Origin: the human T2T-CHM13v2.0 reference genome, Homo sapiens
DNA: 64,000 nt
Reading direction: 5' to 3' (one strand)
Assembly (NCBI RefSeq): GCF_009914755.1
Contig: NC_060947.1
A program made the translations under genes and the position numbers. Shown piece after piece: positions 25,201-44,162 of this stretch. The first letter of the stretch is position 1. Every line of letters starts with the position of its first letter. The notes beneath the pieces are model-generated. The model was not told the origin of the DNA and did not search any database. It saw nothing but the letters and a program-made list of their open reading frames with translations.

Positions 25201-26345
25201 CTCTTTGAGAATTTTAAAGACAGTTGATTTAACACCTTTACTAAATTCAATATCTAGAATTCCTCAGGAATTATTTCTGTTAATTCGTATTTTTCCTGTG
25301 AATGAACTATACTTTCCTAATTCTTTGTGTACCCTGTATTTTTTGTCGAATTGTGGACATTTTGAATATTATTGTGTGGTAATTTTAGAAATTAGATTCT
25401 CCTCCTTACTCTCTGGCTTTGCTTTTGTTGATTTTTGATGGCTTCAGTCATCCACTTGTTTAGTGAATTTTTAAAACTACTTTTGCAAAGATTGTATTTT
25501 TTGTCATGTGTGGTCACTAACGTCTCTGTTCCATTATCTCAATGGTCAATCAATGATCCAACAGAAACTTTTAAACATTTGGAGCCACATGGTTAAAAAA
25601 AAATAGTACTCTCCCAATCTTTGAAGCTTAGCTCTGTACTGGGGTATTCCTTCTATGCTAAACCAAGCTGCTTGGGATTTTGTTTTACCTTTCAACTTCT
25701 ACTAGTGTGGAGTCCACAGATCCACTGGAAGTTGGAATCCTAGGTATCACTCAGGTACTTTCTAAGTATGCATTCTCCCCTGTACATGCACATGTATTTT
25801 TCACTCTGTTTTCCTGAGTAAAACCTTGCTTTGTAACCTGCTGTTTCAGGGCTCTTAAATTCTCTCAGCTGCATGTCTTATCTGCAGTCCTTTTCCTAAG
25901 GGAAGAATGGGATGTGCATGATTATATATTTCAACAGATGCCACTACTGCCCAGAAAGCGGTAGTGGGGGGCAGGTGGCAAAAGACAGCCTCTGTGGTCA
26001 GTCCCTCAGGAAATCAGCAGAAAGGTCAAAATACACAACCTCAACATTTTAAGAAAAAGGTCCATATTAGTTTACAGACATCAGCAATCTACATGAGAAA
26101 CATGGGTTTCCATCCCCCACTTAGCTGCTATTGCACTGGAAAATGGGAGCTGGTAGGCAGGCAAGAAAAAATGCCACAGTGCTCTCCTACTTGATGCTCT
26201 TTTCTTCATTAAGCAGCCCCCTCCAGTTGCAGCAAATTTCTCATTAGACTCCAGAGTTCCAAAAACATTAAGTCAATCTTTGATAGATCAAGGAGGTTTT
26301 AGTTGAGAAACTGATTCTTTAAGTGTTTTACTCCAATATTTTTTT
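22200..26345 (-). mobile_element. Old L1M (ORF2 5' part, ORF1, 5' region)
   Basis: ORF 24465..24806 is ORF1-like (NINVHIQESQ...RHNIIILLKAK...ADFLSETM); antisense endonuclease-domain motifs at ~22800-23100. Confidence 0.8.
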
Positions 26346-28571
26346 GAAGTCATCTACATTGGTTGATTTTTGTATGTTGAACCACTCTTGGATTTTTGGG
26401 ATAAATCCCATTTTGTCATGGTGCATAATCCATTTTACATGCTGCTGCATTCGTCTTGCTGGTATTTTGTTGAGGATTTTTGCATTATGTCCATATAGAA
26501 TATTGTTCTGCAGTTTTCCTTTCTCAAGATATATTTTTTCTGACTTTGGTATCAGAGTAATGCTGGCCTCATAGAATGAGTTACAAAGTGTTACTTTATG
26601 TTCTACATTTTGAAATAGGTTTTAAAAGGTTGATGTTAATTTTTCAAACATTTGGCAGACCTTATCAGTGAAGCCATATACTTCTGGGCTTTTTGTTGTT
26701 GTCGTTAGGAGTTTTTTGATTACTAATTCAATCTCTTTACTTGTAATAGGCCTATTCAGACTTTTTATTTTTTCATTAGTCATTTTTTGTAGTTTGTGTG
26801 TTTCCAGGAATTTATTCATTTTATCTAGGTTATCAAATTTATTTATGTTGTTCATAATATTCTCTTGTGATCTTTTTTATTTCTGTAAAGTCAGTAATAT
26901 TATTCCCACTTTCATTTCTGGTAATAGTAATTTCTGTTTCTTCTATTTTTCTTCAGTCATGACTAAACATTTGACAATGTTTTTGATCTTTCAATGAACC
27001 AACTTTTCGTTTCGTTGATTCTCTGTATTGTTTACTGCTCCTCAATTTTGTTGATCTCCTCTCTAATCTTTATTATTATTATTTCCTTTCTTCTTCTTGC
27101 ACTGGATTTAATTTTCTTTTTTCTAGGTCCTTAAGGTAAAAAGAAGTTAGCTTATTGGCTTGACTTATTTTTCACCTTTTAAGGTAAGCATTTACATGTG
27201 TAAATTTCTCTGTCTGCATTTTTTCACTGTACTGCATAGGTTTTGTGTGCTTTCATTTTAATTCTTCTCACAATATTTGTCAATTTCTCTTGTGTTTTTC
27301 TTCTTTGATCCATTAGTTGTTTAGGAGTGTATTGTTTAATTTTCACAAATTTGTGAGTTTTCCTTCCATTATCAATATCTAGTTTCATTCAGAGAAAACA
27401 CTGTGTATGATTTCAATTTTTTTAAATTTATTGAAACTTATTATGTGGGCTAACTATGGTCTATTATGGATGAAGTTTCATGTGATTTTGAGAAGAATGT
27501 GTAGTCTGTGTTGTTGGGGGCAGTGTTCTCTATATGCCTATTAGGTTTAGTTGGTTTATAAAGTTGTTCCGTCATCTATTTCCTTATTGGTTTCTGTATG
27601 GTTGTTCTAGCCATCAATCAATGTGAGGGGTAATTTAGTTTCCAATTATTATTTTAGAATTTTCTATATCTCCATTAAATTGTTATTTATTTTGCTTTAT
27701 ATATTTTGGGGTTCTGTTATTAGGGGTGTGTATGTTTATAATTGTCATATCATCTTGATGAATTGACCCTTTCATCAATATGCAATGTTCTTTGTTCTTG
27801 TAACAATTATTAACTTAAAGTCTATTTTGTCTGATATTGTTATAGTCACCCCTGCTCTCCTTTGCTTTCTATTTCCATGGAGTGTCATTTTCCATCATTT
27901 ACCCTTCAGACTATATGTATCTTTGGATTTAAGCGAGTCTCTTGTTGACAGAATGTAGTTGGGTGAGAATTTTTTGTATCCATTATGCCTATCTCTACCT
28001 TTTAATTGGAGAGGTTAAACCATTTATATTTAATGTGAATACTAAAAATAAAGTACTTGCTTCTGCCATTTTGCTATTTAATTTTTAAGTCTTATATCTT
28101 TTTTGTTCTTTAATCCCTCCACCACTCTCTTGTCTTATGTTTAATTGATTTTTGCAGTTCCATTTTTGTTCTTTTCTTATTTATATTTCTGTATATATGT
28201 TTAGTTATTTTCTTAGTGGTTACCTAGGGATTACAATTTAACATCTTAAATTTATAACAATCTAGCTTGAATTAACACCAATTTAGTATACAAAAATTCT
28301 CCTCCTATACATTTTCCTCTTTTGTGCTTTATATAGTTATTGTCACAGATTATATCTTTATACATGTGCCTGTTAACATAGATTTTTGTTATTTTTTGTT
28401 AATTTTTTTGTTAATTATTGTTTTTTTAATTTGTCTTTTAAGTCATATAGAGAGTTGTTACAAGCAAAACATAGACTAATACTGGCTTTTATATATACCT
28501 ATGCATTTATATTTAACAATGTTTTCCTTTCCTCATAGAGTTTTGTTTCTATCTAGTGTCCTTTCCTTTCA

Positions 28572-30411
<1,840 letters not shown>

Positions 30412-31751
30412 AAGAAAGTTTTGCAGTGAAAATTTCCCACAGGCATTATTTTTTGTCTTACTTTTTCTAAATTTTTGAGGGAGATTTTTGCCAGACATAG
30501 ATATGTGGATGGAAGGGCTTTATTATTACCTTTTATGCCTAAATATGTCTTCCCACTGCCTTCTGGCCTCCATGGTTTCTGATGAAAAATTGGCTGTTAA
30601 TGTTATTTAGAACTGCTTGTATTTAGAACAAAAAAGGTATAAGACATAAAAATTAAATAGCAAAATGGCAGAAGCAAGTACTTTATTTTTAGTATTCACG
30701 TTAAATATAAATGGTATAACCTCTCCAATTAAAAGGTAGAGAATTGCTTCTCTCTTGCTGCTTTCAAGGTTCTCTCTTTGTCTTTGGCTTTTGACAGGTT
30801 GATTATAATGTGTTTCAGTATGGTTCTTTTTGAGGTTATCTACTTGCATTTTGTTGAGCTTCTTGGATGTGTTGATTCATGCCTTTCATCAAATTAGTAA
30901 ACGATTGGGCAAATTATTTTAAAAAATATTTTTTCTGCCTATTTCTTTCTTTCCTCTCTGTCTGAAACTCCCATTATGTGTATGCTCATATGCTCTGGTT
31001 TCCCACAGTTTTGTCAGGCTTTATCATTTTTCTTCATAATTTATTCTTTCTGCTCCTTAGACTTGATCATTTCAATCGACCTATCTTCAGATTTATTAAT
31101 TGTTTCTACACTGCTCAAATCTGCTTTGGGATTTGTTCAGTAATTTTTTTCACTTATTGTACTTTTGGCTCCACAATTTTCATTTGGTTCCTTTTTATAA
31201 TTTCTATTTCTTTATTAATGTTCTCCATTTGCTAAAACATTTTTCTCCTGATTTTCTCTATTTGCCATGCTTTTCTTTAGCTCTTTAAGCATATTTAAGA
31301 CAGTTGTTTAAAACTGTTTGTCTTCTAAGTGCAATGTCTCAGCTTCCTCAATGATATTTTCTGTTAATACCTTTTTCCTTACGCATGAGCCATACTTTCT
31401 TGTTCTTTGCCTAACTTGTTATTTATGTTGTTATTGAAAAGTAGACTTTTAAATATTATTAGCAATAACTCAAAATAAGATTTTACCCTTCCAGAGTATG
31501 TTTTTGTTTCTGTGGATTGTTGTTGTTTGCTTATTTAGTAACTTTTTAAAATTGGTTTTGTAAAGTCTGTCTTTTTTGCCATGTGTGATCATTAAAGTCT
31601 ATGTTGCATTAGCTTAGTGGTCAACTAATGATTTGACAGAGATTTTCTTGAGGGCCTTGAACAACAACATAAAACAGGCTCTCTTGGTCTTTGCTGGCTG
31701 GCTCTGTGTAGTAGTGTTCTTTCAGGTTTAATCAGGCCATTTATAATTCTG

Positions 31752-32179
31752 TGCTATAGTTTAGATATTTGACCCTCCAAACTTCATGTTGAAATTTGGT
31801 ACCCAATGTTGGAGGTGGGGCTTAATGGGACGAGTTTGGGTCATGAGATGGATCCCTTATGAATGTTTTGGCACTGTCCTCACAGTAATGAGTGAATTCT
31901 TGGTATATTAGTTCCTACAAAAGCTGGTTGTTAAAAAGAGCCTGGAACCTCCCTCCCCCTCTTCTTTGCTTCCCATTTTGCCATGTGATTTCTGTACATG
32001 TGGCTGTCATTCACCTTTTACCATGAGTTGAAACTTCCAGAGGCCATCACCAGAAACAAATTCTGGTTCCATGCTTCTTATAGCCTGCAGAAAAATTAGC
32101 CAAATCAACTTCTTTTCTTTATAAATTACCCAGCCCAGCCTCAGGTATTCTTTTACAGCAACATGAATGGACTAAAACG
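31752..32179 (+). mobile_element. MaLR solo LTR (MSTB-like)
   Basis: tgctatagtttagatatttgaccctccaaacttcatgttgaaat...ctttataaattacccagc...atggactaaaac; 5-bp TSD TTCTG on both sides. Confidence 0.9.
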
Positions 32180-35100
32180 TTCTGCATTAATCTTCACTTC
32201 CTGCATGTGTGGAGCACAAAGGTCAGCCAAATGTAAAAGGTTTGGGTCTTCTCAGATATTTTCTGAACATGTGTCATTTCCTGAACATGTCCACAGACTT
32301 CTAGATTTCTTGGTATTTGCGTGAACTTTTCTAAACCCTTATTTCGTCACATATCTCTTTTCCCAGACTTTTTTTTCCTAGGCTTTTCAGTCTGTTAGCA
32401 GCTTACCCGCTCTGTTATTCCTTGACCCAGACAGATGCAGCTAGTATATCTGCATTAAAATTGTTTTCAACAAATATTTCCCTGGAGGCCACTTCAGTCC
32501 TGAGAACATTTTATGGCTGGTGAAGAAAAGGCAAGCCCTTTAGCTTATCCCTCAGGAAGCCAGCAGACAGGACAAAATACAAAACCACAATACTTTGAAA
32601 ACAAGGTCTATATTGCTTTCTCTGGCATAAGCAAGCTGCATCAGGAACACAAGCCACCATCTCCATAGCCATGACTGGCATGGGAGGTAGGGAATGGTAG
32701 GCAGATAAATTAAAATGCCACAATATTCCCTTACTAGATTTAATCACTTCCTTAGTTGTTATAAGTTTTTAAAATTAGATTCCAGCATTCTGAAAAAGTT
32801 GGTTCTGACAAGTTTTTTTTTTTTTTTTTTTTTTTTGGTCAGGCTAATGTTTGATTTAGTGGATGGATAATGTTTTAGAATTCTCCACCTTGTCATTTTC
32901 AGTGGAATCAGGCATTGATATTTTCAAGTTGTATATTCCATTAAATCTTATCCAGCTTTCAAGTAAGGAAACTATATCAAAACTTAATATGATTTTCCAT
33001 ACCATGTACTTTTGTTATCATAACTGAGGACATTATGCCATATTATGTTTGTTTTATAAATAGTGGAAGCTTCAGAGATTAGGATTAGGGCATGGGCTAT
33101 ACTGATGACTGTGGGCCTATGGTGAGGACACTAAAGTAGGTAAGGAATTTCTAGTTTCCAAAATGACTGCCTTTTTCCAGAAGAAAACCATCAGCCTATG
33201 AAACTGAGACCTTATATTTAGTTGAAGCTTTTCCTATTCACAAACTGACTTCCTGATTAAAACTTTTCAGACCAAGAACCTCCACATCAATTAAAAAAAC
33301 TTAGACTTCTTCATGAAATCTCATCCAGTATTTATCCTCAAACTCTGTCACTCAGTGAGCACAGATTTAGTCATATCTTCACCCTATCACCCTGACATTA
33401 TGTTGTCCAGGAAGGAGCTATGTGCTGCATAATAGGATCAGCAGGCCAGAGAAAGGAAAAGGTCATGACTAACAAGCATTATAAACAGTGGGTGTCATCC
33501 AGGGAAGGAAACAGGTAAGATTTTTCTCCCTCACATTAGCACTACCAGATACTCTTTCAAACTGAGGGTTGGTTGGTATGTGGATTCAGGTAGACAAAAT
33601 GGCACCCTTAAATCGGTTGAACTTAAAATGGCACCCTTAAAAATGGGTTGGACTGTGATGGCTGCAATGAGTAAGAAAGCTGTGTGGCATGTCCATGTAT
33701 GCACTTAAAGAGAAGTGGAGCAGGCTCAAGTAAGACAGCAGAGGTGAGGACATATACCATATTGGGCACAAGATAAGCTAGGTTTTTGGAGCTGATGTAC
33801 AAGTTGTGGTCACAGTGGGGCTCACTAGAATTCATAAGGGGTGGTTAAAGTCTTGAAATATGTGCCATGGTTGGCATATGGGCAACATGACTACAGATTT
33901 CATGGTCTCTTCTCAGAGCAGGACCTACTCTAGTATGTGGACAGTGCATAGGTTCTGGGGACAGTGCAAGGAGTTCCTTGTACTGAAGACTTCATGAGAG
34001 ACACCTATGCAGTACAGAATGTAGTGCTGTGATTGTGTTGAGTTGTCTCTTTGCCATAGTAGGGCTACCGTGAATGTACAAGGTGTTTTAGTAAAAATAT
34101 ATGTGCAGAGCCTATTCAAGGGGTGTTAATTATCAGTTCATGCTGGGTAAGATTTGAGACTGCATGAGCTGTGTAGAAGAGAAATAAGGACCCTAATCTG
34201 GATGGGGTATGCCAATGGTGTGGTGGGAACTTGGGGTGGGGGCTATTTCAGGCAGGGGACTAAGTCTAGTTTTTCTGTTTGCCAAGAAATTTAATTTTTA
34301 CCTTCAGGAACCCTTCCTCCAAGAATGTGGCCATATTTTATGGAAAACTTCATCGCTTATTTGATTAATTACTGGCTATACTCTTTGAGACTGCAGGCTT
34401 TCTCCTCCACCCACCATGGGCTGATTATACAGGAGCATTCCTTAGACAGTTCCATTAAAAACCCTGTGTTCATTCCTTAGAAATCTGAGCCCAGTAGTCA
34501 GATGGAAAATAGAATTAGCAAAGATGTTTTAGGGGAGCCTATCCCACAGGGCCAGTGTAGCCCACCTCCCCCACTGTGAAATGGACTTGCAGTCACTCAT
34601 AACTTCCATCCTCTGTGTTCAAAATGAACCCATATCTTAGCAAGAATAGTCCCCATTCTTGTTCAATTTATTCCCCATCTCTAATCCACCTCTCTTCCTT
34701 CATCTCCTCCTTTTGGCCTTTCTGTAGTTGAGCTATAAGCTGAAGTGCAGTGTGCGCAGATCATTTCCTATGAAAAAAGGAAAAGGAAATGGTCTTTTCT
34801 GACAAAACTTCTTTAGCAAAGGATATGAACTAGGTTTGGGAAGATTTGACTTTGTTGTTTCATCATATCTGGAATACCTTGTTCAGCCACATGGTCAGTA
34901 GCTGGCTCATAAAAGTATTCTAATGGATCAAGCATATTTAAGGATTGCAAAGACCCCAAGTAAGGAAACTATATTAAAGACCTATTGCAAACTATTGCAA
35001 AGACCTCAGTGCAGGATGCTGTGTCTTGGTGTGATGGGCAATGATGTGTGCCTGAGTTCGAACAGGGGTTATTGGAAGTGTATGTAGTGGCACAGAGAGC

Positions 35101-36517
35101 TTGCTATAGAAAATGCCCACTTCATATACCAAGGGGGTGAGGGATTGCTTTACTTTTACTTGTTTCTGCCCATTGGTTCTACATATTGCTGAGGGAGAAA
35201 AAAAATCATTTTTACAAGTTAGTTGAAAAACATCACTTTACATTTTACAACTTAGTACTACTGTTTGTCGAGTTCACACCTGTTAGACATTTTTGCAAGT
35301 CATTTTTAATTGTTTTGTTTTATTTTAGCTCCTTTCCATTGAGTAATATATATTTTACCTATTTAGCCTGGTTTGCACTTTTTCATTGACTATTCCTTTT
35401 ATATTTAAAGAGAATTTATTTAAAATAACTATATCATACAGTGCAAAGGTTTCTATATTTTTCTCTTAGATTAGGGTATTTTTCCCTAATCTGGCCAGGG
35501 TCTGTTTCCTTGTGTTAGGGGCAGAGGTGAGGGCCCTGTCCTGGACATAAATGGCCTGCTTGCCTAGCATGAGGGTGTTTGATATTTTCATGAGAACACT
35601 TTCTTTTAGTCATATATAGGTAATGTTATTAGACTACATATAATTAACATGGACAATTTCCAAGGGTCTACAGAAATTCTCAACACCATTCCAACATGGA
35701 AGAGTGGCTTTTTCACATCCATCAAGAAAATTCCACTCACAGAAAATTCTGAGTGAAGAATGTGGATTTTACTAAAAATTTCAAAGAAACATCAGTGGGT
35801 TTACTCCCCCACAGTAGAAATGCTCTTAAACATATCTCTTCCCTAAAAATTTTTTTTTAGCTTTCAGTCACCAGATCTTTCCTTTCTAGCTACTGTTTCA
35901 CTAAACTTCCTCCAAATGCAACAGCTTTTATCTTTTTCTTGGAATCTTCCCAGAAGTCATTCAGTATTTCTTACTTTTCTGTGTAGAAACATTTAGCTTT
36001 CATCTAGTTTCTCCCTCAATTGTTGTATATATCACCCAATACTTAATGCCTAAGCCACAGGTTCAGCAGCTAGGTCTTGGCACTGTTGAAGTAAGCAAGA
36101 TAGCATTGAAGAGGTGAGGTCTAGTCTTAATCTGATGTTTTATGTGAGGGTCAAAAATGAGGATCCCAATCTGTGCAAGAATGACTTGAGTTATTTATAG
36201 CAGTAATGAGGGCCCTGCTATGGGGAAGGCCTACTTTATGTATGGGATTAAGAAATTGCCTTATTTTCACTTGTTTCTGCAAGCTTGTCTTTAGAAAAGA
36301 GGTAGAAGTCCTATCTTCCTCAAGCTGAGTATATGAGTGAAAACATTAAGTTTTCCATAGTCAAAACAGATAATGTTATGAAAATAACAAACAGGTAATA
36401 TGCAATTGTTTTTAATCTTAAATTTAAGTGCTTAATACTTTTTGTGTTTTATGACATTTCTGGCAGATATCTCCATTGAGCATTTTTTCCAAAAGCTTTT
36501 CAAGCATAAAAATTATG

Positions 36518-37435
36518 AGACTTCTGCTGTTGGGAAGATAATATAGACACAAATTTTCATATTCTTCATTATAAGAGGTAAAACTAAAACCCCAGATATT
36601 ATGCACAAAACAAACATAAGAAGGCCTTGAAAGGTAGAGAGAAGGAAGACTGGCTATGGACACCAGGTCATGGGGAACAATATGATGATGAGTTCCATAA
36701 GTTTTTGTTTTGTCTGAATTATCCCAGATTGAGTACTGGAAAAGGTGGCAACTCAGAAAAGCTAATCTATCCACACAAAAGAGTCCCAGAAAAACCTGCT
36801 TACTCTAGCCAAGGGACCTGGAAAGGAACAACATAACATACCAAAAACTTTTAGACAATAATTATTCTTCTTAAGCCAAACTTCATAAAAAAAGACTCTG
36901 ACCCCAAGCCCATTTGCACTGGCAAAGGCAGGGTACAAGCCTAGACTTCCATTCTCTTAAGGCTGAAACAGATGCTCAGGCTCCTCTCCCCACAACCAAG
37001 GTAGTGTCAGACAAGTTACAGTAGAGATACAGGATATTCATCCCCGTAGGGTGATAACCAGCTCCTCCACCATTTTGGTGTCCTTAAAGACCACATAAGG
37101 AATCTGAATTTCTACTTCCACTTAGCAATATTAAAGTATCCCTCTCCCTCCCTACTTTTATTGTGCTGCAAGATATTTAATGGAAAATTGGGACTATCAC
37201 ATCCACAGGGCAGTAGTGAGGCTACCCACCCCTTTGGTGGTCTAGTTGAGGTCAGGGAGTGAGTAGCGGTGGAGTCTGAGGGAGAAGCTGGAACATACAA
37301 CCTTATCCACCAGTAATGAGGAGCCCCTCTCCAAGTGTCAATGAATGCTAAGTAGGAAACTTGGACTTCTACCCTCACCTGGTAGTAACAAGGTGTTACC
37401 CCATCATCCACTGATAGAGTAATGTCAAAGAAGGA
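36518..37435 (+). mobile_element. Old L1M 5' region
   Basis: Starts gagacttctgc...aagata and contains L1M 5'-type motifs (agtttttgttttg, ggacttctaccctcacctggtagtaacaagg). Confidence 0.5.
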
Positions 37436-39495
<2,060 letters not shown>

Positions 39496-39591
39496 TGTTT
39501 TATAAAGGAGAGACAGATTTTTTTTTTCCAAAATGTCAAGACTAGCTGAAAGATATTCCAATTAACCTTCACAGTCCTCTTTATCCTAATC

Positions 39592-39830
39592 CTTGGATTG
39601 CAGATATACAGCCTGCATGGTCCTCACATTGTCCTTTTATCTGTGTGTGTAAAATCCTGATGTCTCTTCTTAATCTTATAAAGATACCTGTCCTATTGGA
39701 ACAGGGCCCCACTCTTATGACCTCAGTTAAGCTTAATTACCTCCTTAAAGGCCCTACCACATAACATAGTCACGTTGAGGATTAGGGCTTCAACTTACAA
39801 GTTTCGGGAGGACACACTTCAGGCCATACA
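39592..39830 (-). mobile_element. MaLR LTR (MLT1A-like) fragment
   Basis: gggccccactcttatgacctca...ccttaaaggccc...ttagggcttcaac...ggacacacttcaggccataca. Confidence 0.8.
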
Positions 39831-40074
39831 CATATTCATATTATATACATTATTTTGCATATGATTTAAAGGATCCCAAAATTCACTTTGATATTTCAGG
39901 TCTCAGCAGCTTGACTAAGGTTCTTGTGATTGAAAGCACTTATTCGTCTACTTCTGAAGGGAAAGGGCCATACATTATGTGCAGGTTTCTGTTTTTCATT
40001 AGTTTCTAATGCTTTCAGACCCAGTGCTCTGTTTATACAACAAGGTTTTGTAATGCCCACTCTATAGTTTATTT

Positions 40075-40450
40075 TTCAAAAAGATCTGCTATTCCTCCCT
40101 GAGCAAGTATTATAGTTCCTCTTCTTAATTATGGCAGGGTTGGCCATGTGATTTGCTTTAACCAACAATATATGCATAGAGGAGACAAGTGTCTTTTCTG
40201 GGTGGAAGCTTTAAAAGATAGGATGTGGTTTGCCCTATTCCCTTCTTCCCTCTGCCACCAGGATTGGCAAGTTCTCAGATAGAGGATGCTTTTTCAGTTT
40301 CAGTCCCAGGGTGAAGGCAATGACAGAGCAGAGTCATAGCTGGCTGGAACAAATCAGATAGCATGAGCAAGAAATAAACTTTGTAGTTGAAATGCACTGA
40401 AATTTTAAGGTCATTTGATACCAGAGACAATCTAATTTATCCTGATACAT
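40075..40450 (+). mobile_element. Old MaLR LTR (MLT1I/J-like)
   Basis: ggccatgtgatttgctttaacca...gcatgagcaagaaataaactttgtagttgaaatgcactgaaatttt. Confidence 0.7.
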
Positions 40451-41696
40451 GCTCTTTGTCATTCTGAAATAAAATTCATGATAATATAATTTACATATAC
40501 TAACATACATAATTTCTCTAGCCAATATCTCCCCAACTCTGTTATGGATGATTAATTATAACACACTTTATTATGAAAGATATTTATTTTAGCTTTTATA
40601 TTCACTGATTCAGGCCTAGGAGTAATTATAAAATAGATGCCCACCCCTACATATAATAAATAAACTTGGTATAAAAGAAGTTTAGAAGGTTTTCCTTACC
40701 AGAAAAACAAAAATGAAAGAGCAGAGGTAAGATGACTACTCTAAACAACTGGTTCCAGAACAGGCATTTCTGTGAATCCATCTGTGTGAGATGGGCAGTT
40801 TTACTCACCTTTGAAGGGCTGGGAAGTGTCACCTCTGTTGTCAGCGTACCTTATGACTATGTCACTAACAAGGGAACTGTTGGCTCTGGTGCATGACCTC
40901 CATTCATCTAGAAAGCACCTAGTGAGTCCCACAATGCCTTGGTGTTGGGGAGAAGTAGCATACTGTATCTCCTAGAAGGAAACAGAGATAGCTAGGACTA
41001 TGACTGATTATTCACGTTACCACTGCCCTTGTTGGTGTCAGATAAGCTAGAATGCTTATACTCTGGTCTTTCTGTTGAACCTTCATACTACCTTTCAACT
41101 TCTTTTGCAGTCATTGCCTGCAGACAACACTTTTCACTTGCCTTGCAGAAGCTCTGTGCTCTTTGTCAGTAGGAACCAAGGGCTCCAGTTCTGTCTGGAG
41201 GCAAAGCCTTGATCCAGTAGCCATGTGAGATCCCTCTTCTCATTAACTAATCCTTGAGTTCCTGAAAGAGTTCAAAGGAAACAGGGCCCATGTGATGAGA
41301 AATATGCGCATCCTTATCCAGATTTAAGTAGGAAAAAGAATGGAAAGCAGCCTTCTAGACATAGCTGGACCAATTTGAGGATTGAGGTTTTGTCCTATTT
41401 GATATCCCCATCACCTCCCTGGTTTTAGTCAGGTACTGCATGCACATTTCAGCTCCCAAGTTTGCATTTGAAGTATTTGGCTTACAAACTAAGTCCCCAC
41501 AGGGAGTATATTTGCCTAAACTCTGACTGTAACAATGTTATTCCAAGAACTTAAAACCCTGCTCACCTGGTCTACCCTACCCCAACCTGCCATAACTCAC
41601 CACAAATAGGAACCCGGAAGCACCTTCAAAACAGATGTACTGACCATCCTACCACAGGGTTAATCCCAGGATTAGTAACAATACCCACTCCTCTGT

Positions 41697-42008
41697 TGAT
41701 ATGGTTTGGCTGTGTCCCCACCCAAATCTCATTTTGAATTTAACTCCCATAATCCCCATGTGTCGTGGGAGAAACCCATGGGAGGTAATTGAATCATGGG
41801 GGTGATGGTTTTATAAGGGGCTTTTCCCCCTTTGTTCAGCTGTCATTCTCTCTCCTGCTGCCCTGTGAAGAGGTAACTTCCTCCATGATTTTAAGTTTCC
41901 TGAGGCCTCCCCAGCCATGCAGAACTGTGAGTCAATTAAACCTCTTTTCTTTATAAATTACCCAGTCTCGGGTATATCCTTATAGCAGCATGAGAATGAA
42001 CAAATACA
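41697..42008 (+). mobile_element. THE1 (THE1C/D-like) solo LTR
   Basis: tgatatggtttggctgtgtccccacccaaatctca...gtttcctgaggcctccccagccatg...aattaaacctctt...aataca. Confidence 0.93.
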
Positions 42009-44162
42009 TCTACCTTTTTTCCAAAGTGGCTATTTCAGGCAGAGCTGGACACTATCCCTTTTCAGATTACATATATTGACCTTTCAGGTTTGAAGTTGCC
42101 CAGTACCTGTTGACTGAAAATCTGATCAATGCATCTTGGATGAGTTTAAGGAAATCATACAATTCAGCTCACACTAAATGGCATGCACCTTTTTAATCTA
42201 GTCATTCCATTTTAAAATTCTTTACTCTCCTATGTCTAGAGCTCCCATTAAACGTTGTGTTGGACATTATGAAATATGGGGAACATGTGTGGGAAGTGCT
42301 CTGCTCTGAGAGGCTCTCTAGCCTAAATATTTCCTATTCAGCCTTAGTTGAAGGTAACTGAGGTGTAAACACAAACAATTTGATCCATACAGTTGCCTGT
42401 GCTCAGCTGAGAACTGAATCACCATTGTGGCTCCCAAAGTGTCAGAGGGCAGTGAAGGCTACTTCTACATAAAAGGCTGTTAATTTGCAACAGGCAAGGG
42501 AGGCTGGCAGAAGAATTCCTAATTTTTCCAACGATAATGCACCTTAGGTGATTTGTGCAGCCAATTCAAAATTTTGTGGAGGGAAACTTTGAGCTGGAGA
42601 CCTGCTTTATGCATGGAAAGAAACTGGCCTTGGCACACAAAAGATCCTGTACTTGATGCCTGGTAAGGGAAAGAACCATAAGAGAAGTCAGGGAAATTGC
42701 TGAAGTGCATCCCAAAAGTTGGTGCATCACCATCTTTGAGATTGCTTTAGCTCTTTGGACTTTGGTATTTAAAATAGGTTTTTTGGTGCTTGTATATCTA
42801 ATCCCTATGGGAATACAACTTGGCTATTCTCTCTGGCTCTCAAAACTTTTACTGCCTTGAATAAGAGTTTCTGTTCTAGTTATTGTTCTGATCCAAATAA
42901 ATAAAATTCTACCCTCAAACATATACCTTAAGTGATTTCAAATATGTATGCTCACAGACATGACATTTAATTCTTTTCTTTCTCCTATATAATTAAAATG
43001 GCATTAAATTACATTAAATGTGTTCTCTTTATTACATAGTATACATTATTTAATTATACATAGATGTTATTTCATTTTGTGCACAAAATCCTGTATATTG
43101 TGCTTGTTCACAACTTAATAGATATCCAGAGTTATTTTGACTACATAAGATTTCATATTGCTTGCTGACTTCTAAAACTACTAATCTACATAAAATGTGA
43201 CTCATCAGCAACACAGGGGTCAAATGGCATCACCATGTTTGTAACTGGAGGATCACAACTGGAAATACCAGTTAAGTTTAACGAACCTTGAAAACTAATT
43301 GTCACTAATTGTGCACAGACATCCTCCATAATAGCTGATCTCACTAGCTGAAGAGCAATTAAAAGGCAAATTGCCAAGGATAACCATGATGTAGAGTCTG
43401 AAAGCTACTCCTGAACATTCTTTCCCCTTATTTTTTGATAAAAGACACTCAAGCTTTGGCAAGCTATATACCACTATGAAAGAAGTCACAAAGAATTCAA
43501 GCTTTGAGCTTTGGGAGGACTCTGTGGCACAGGGCTCTACTTACTGTAACAGTCATAGAGGCAGTGGAGACAGATGCTGTGGAACTAAGATCACCTTGAA
43601 AGTCTAGGTATGATTAGAAGATGGTGTGGAATTTCTAAGTATTAGAATTTCTAGCAACACTCCAGTTTTCATCCCAATGCCATACCTCCACTTCCACAGT
43701 TTCTGGTGCCCAAAATTCCAAAAACTTTTCTAATTGTCTTTGGAGTAAATGGGTTTTCATCTTTTTTTCTATGCCTCTCTGAAAACACTTAAATTTACAT
43801 TCTATTGCTCTGCTAAGTAAGCTACTAATCCTCTTTCCTCATTGTGGTTCAAGGTTATACATCTAAATATATTCTTGTTTTCTTGATGTTAGAGTTTATG
43901 TTACTAAGTCTCATTTTCCTTTCTGTTTAGGGGCAATTCCCAAGAGACAAATACATCTTTGCCATCTTAAATGACAAATCCACAAAATTTTCCTTTGAGG
44001 AGAAGTGATTGAACTTGTCTAAGAAAGACTTCTAGGAGGTTTGCAAATAAACGTGAGAGTTGTATTAGTCAACAGTGCTGGACTGGGCCACCAGCACAAC
44101 TACTGGAGGGTCAACCACTTATTAACCTTAAGAGTTCTAGACTTGATGTATCAGATGTGGTG

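Noticed and set aside
33400-33720. Possible CR1/L3 remnant
   Set aside because: The resemblance is too weak to support by eye.
43186-43489. Short ORFs in unique sequence as candidate exons
   Set aside because: No homology recognised and no clear splice signals.
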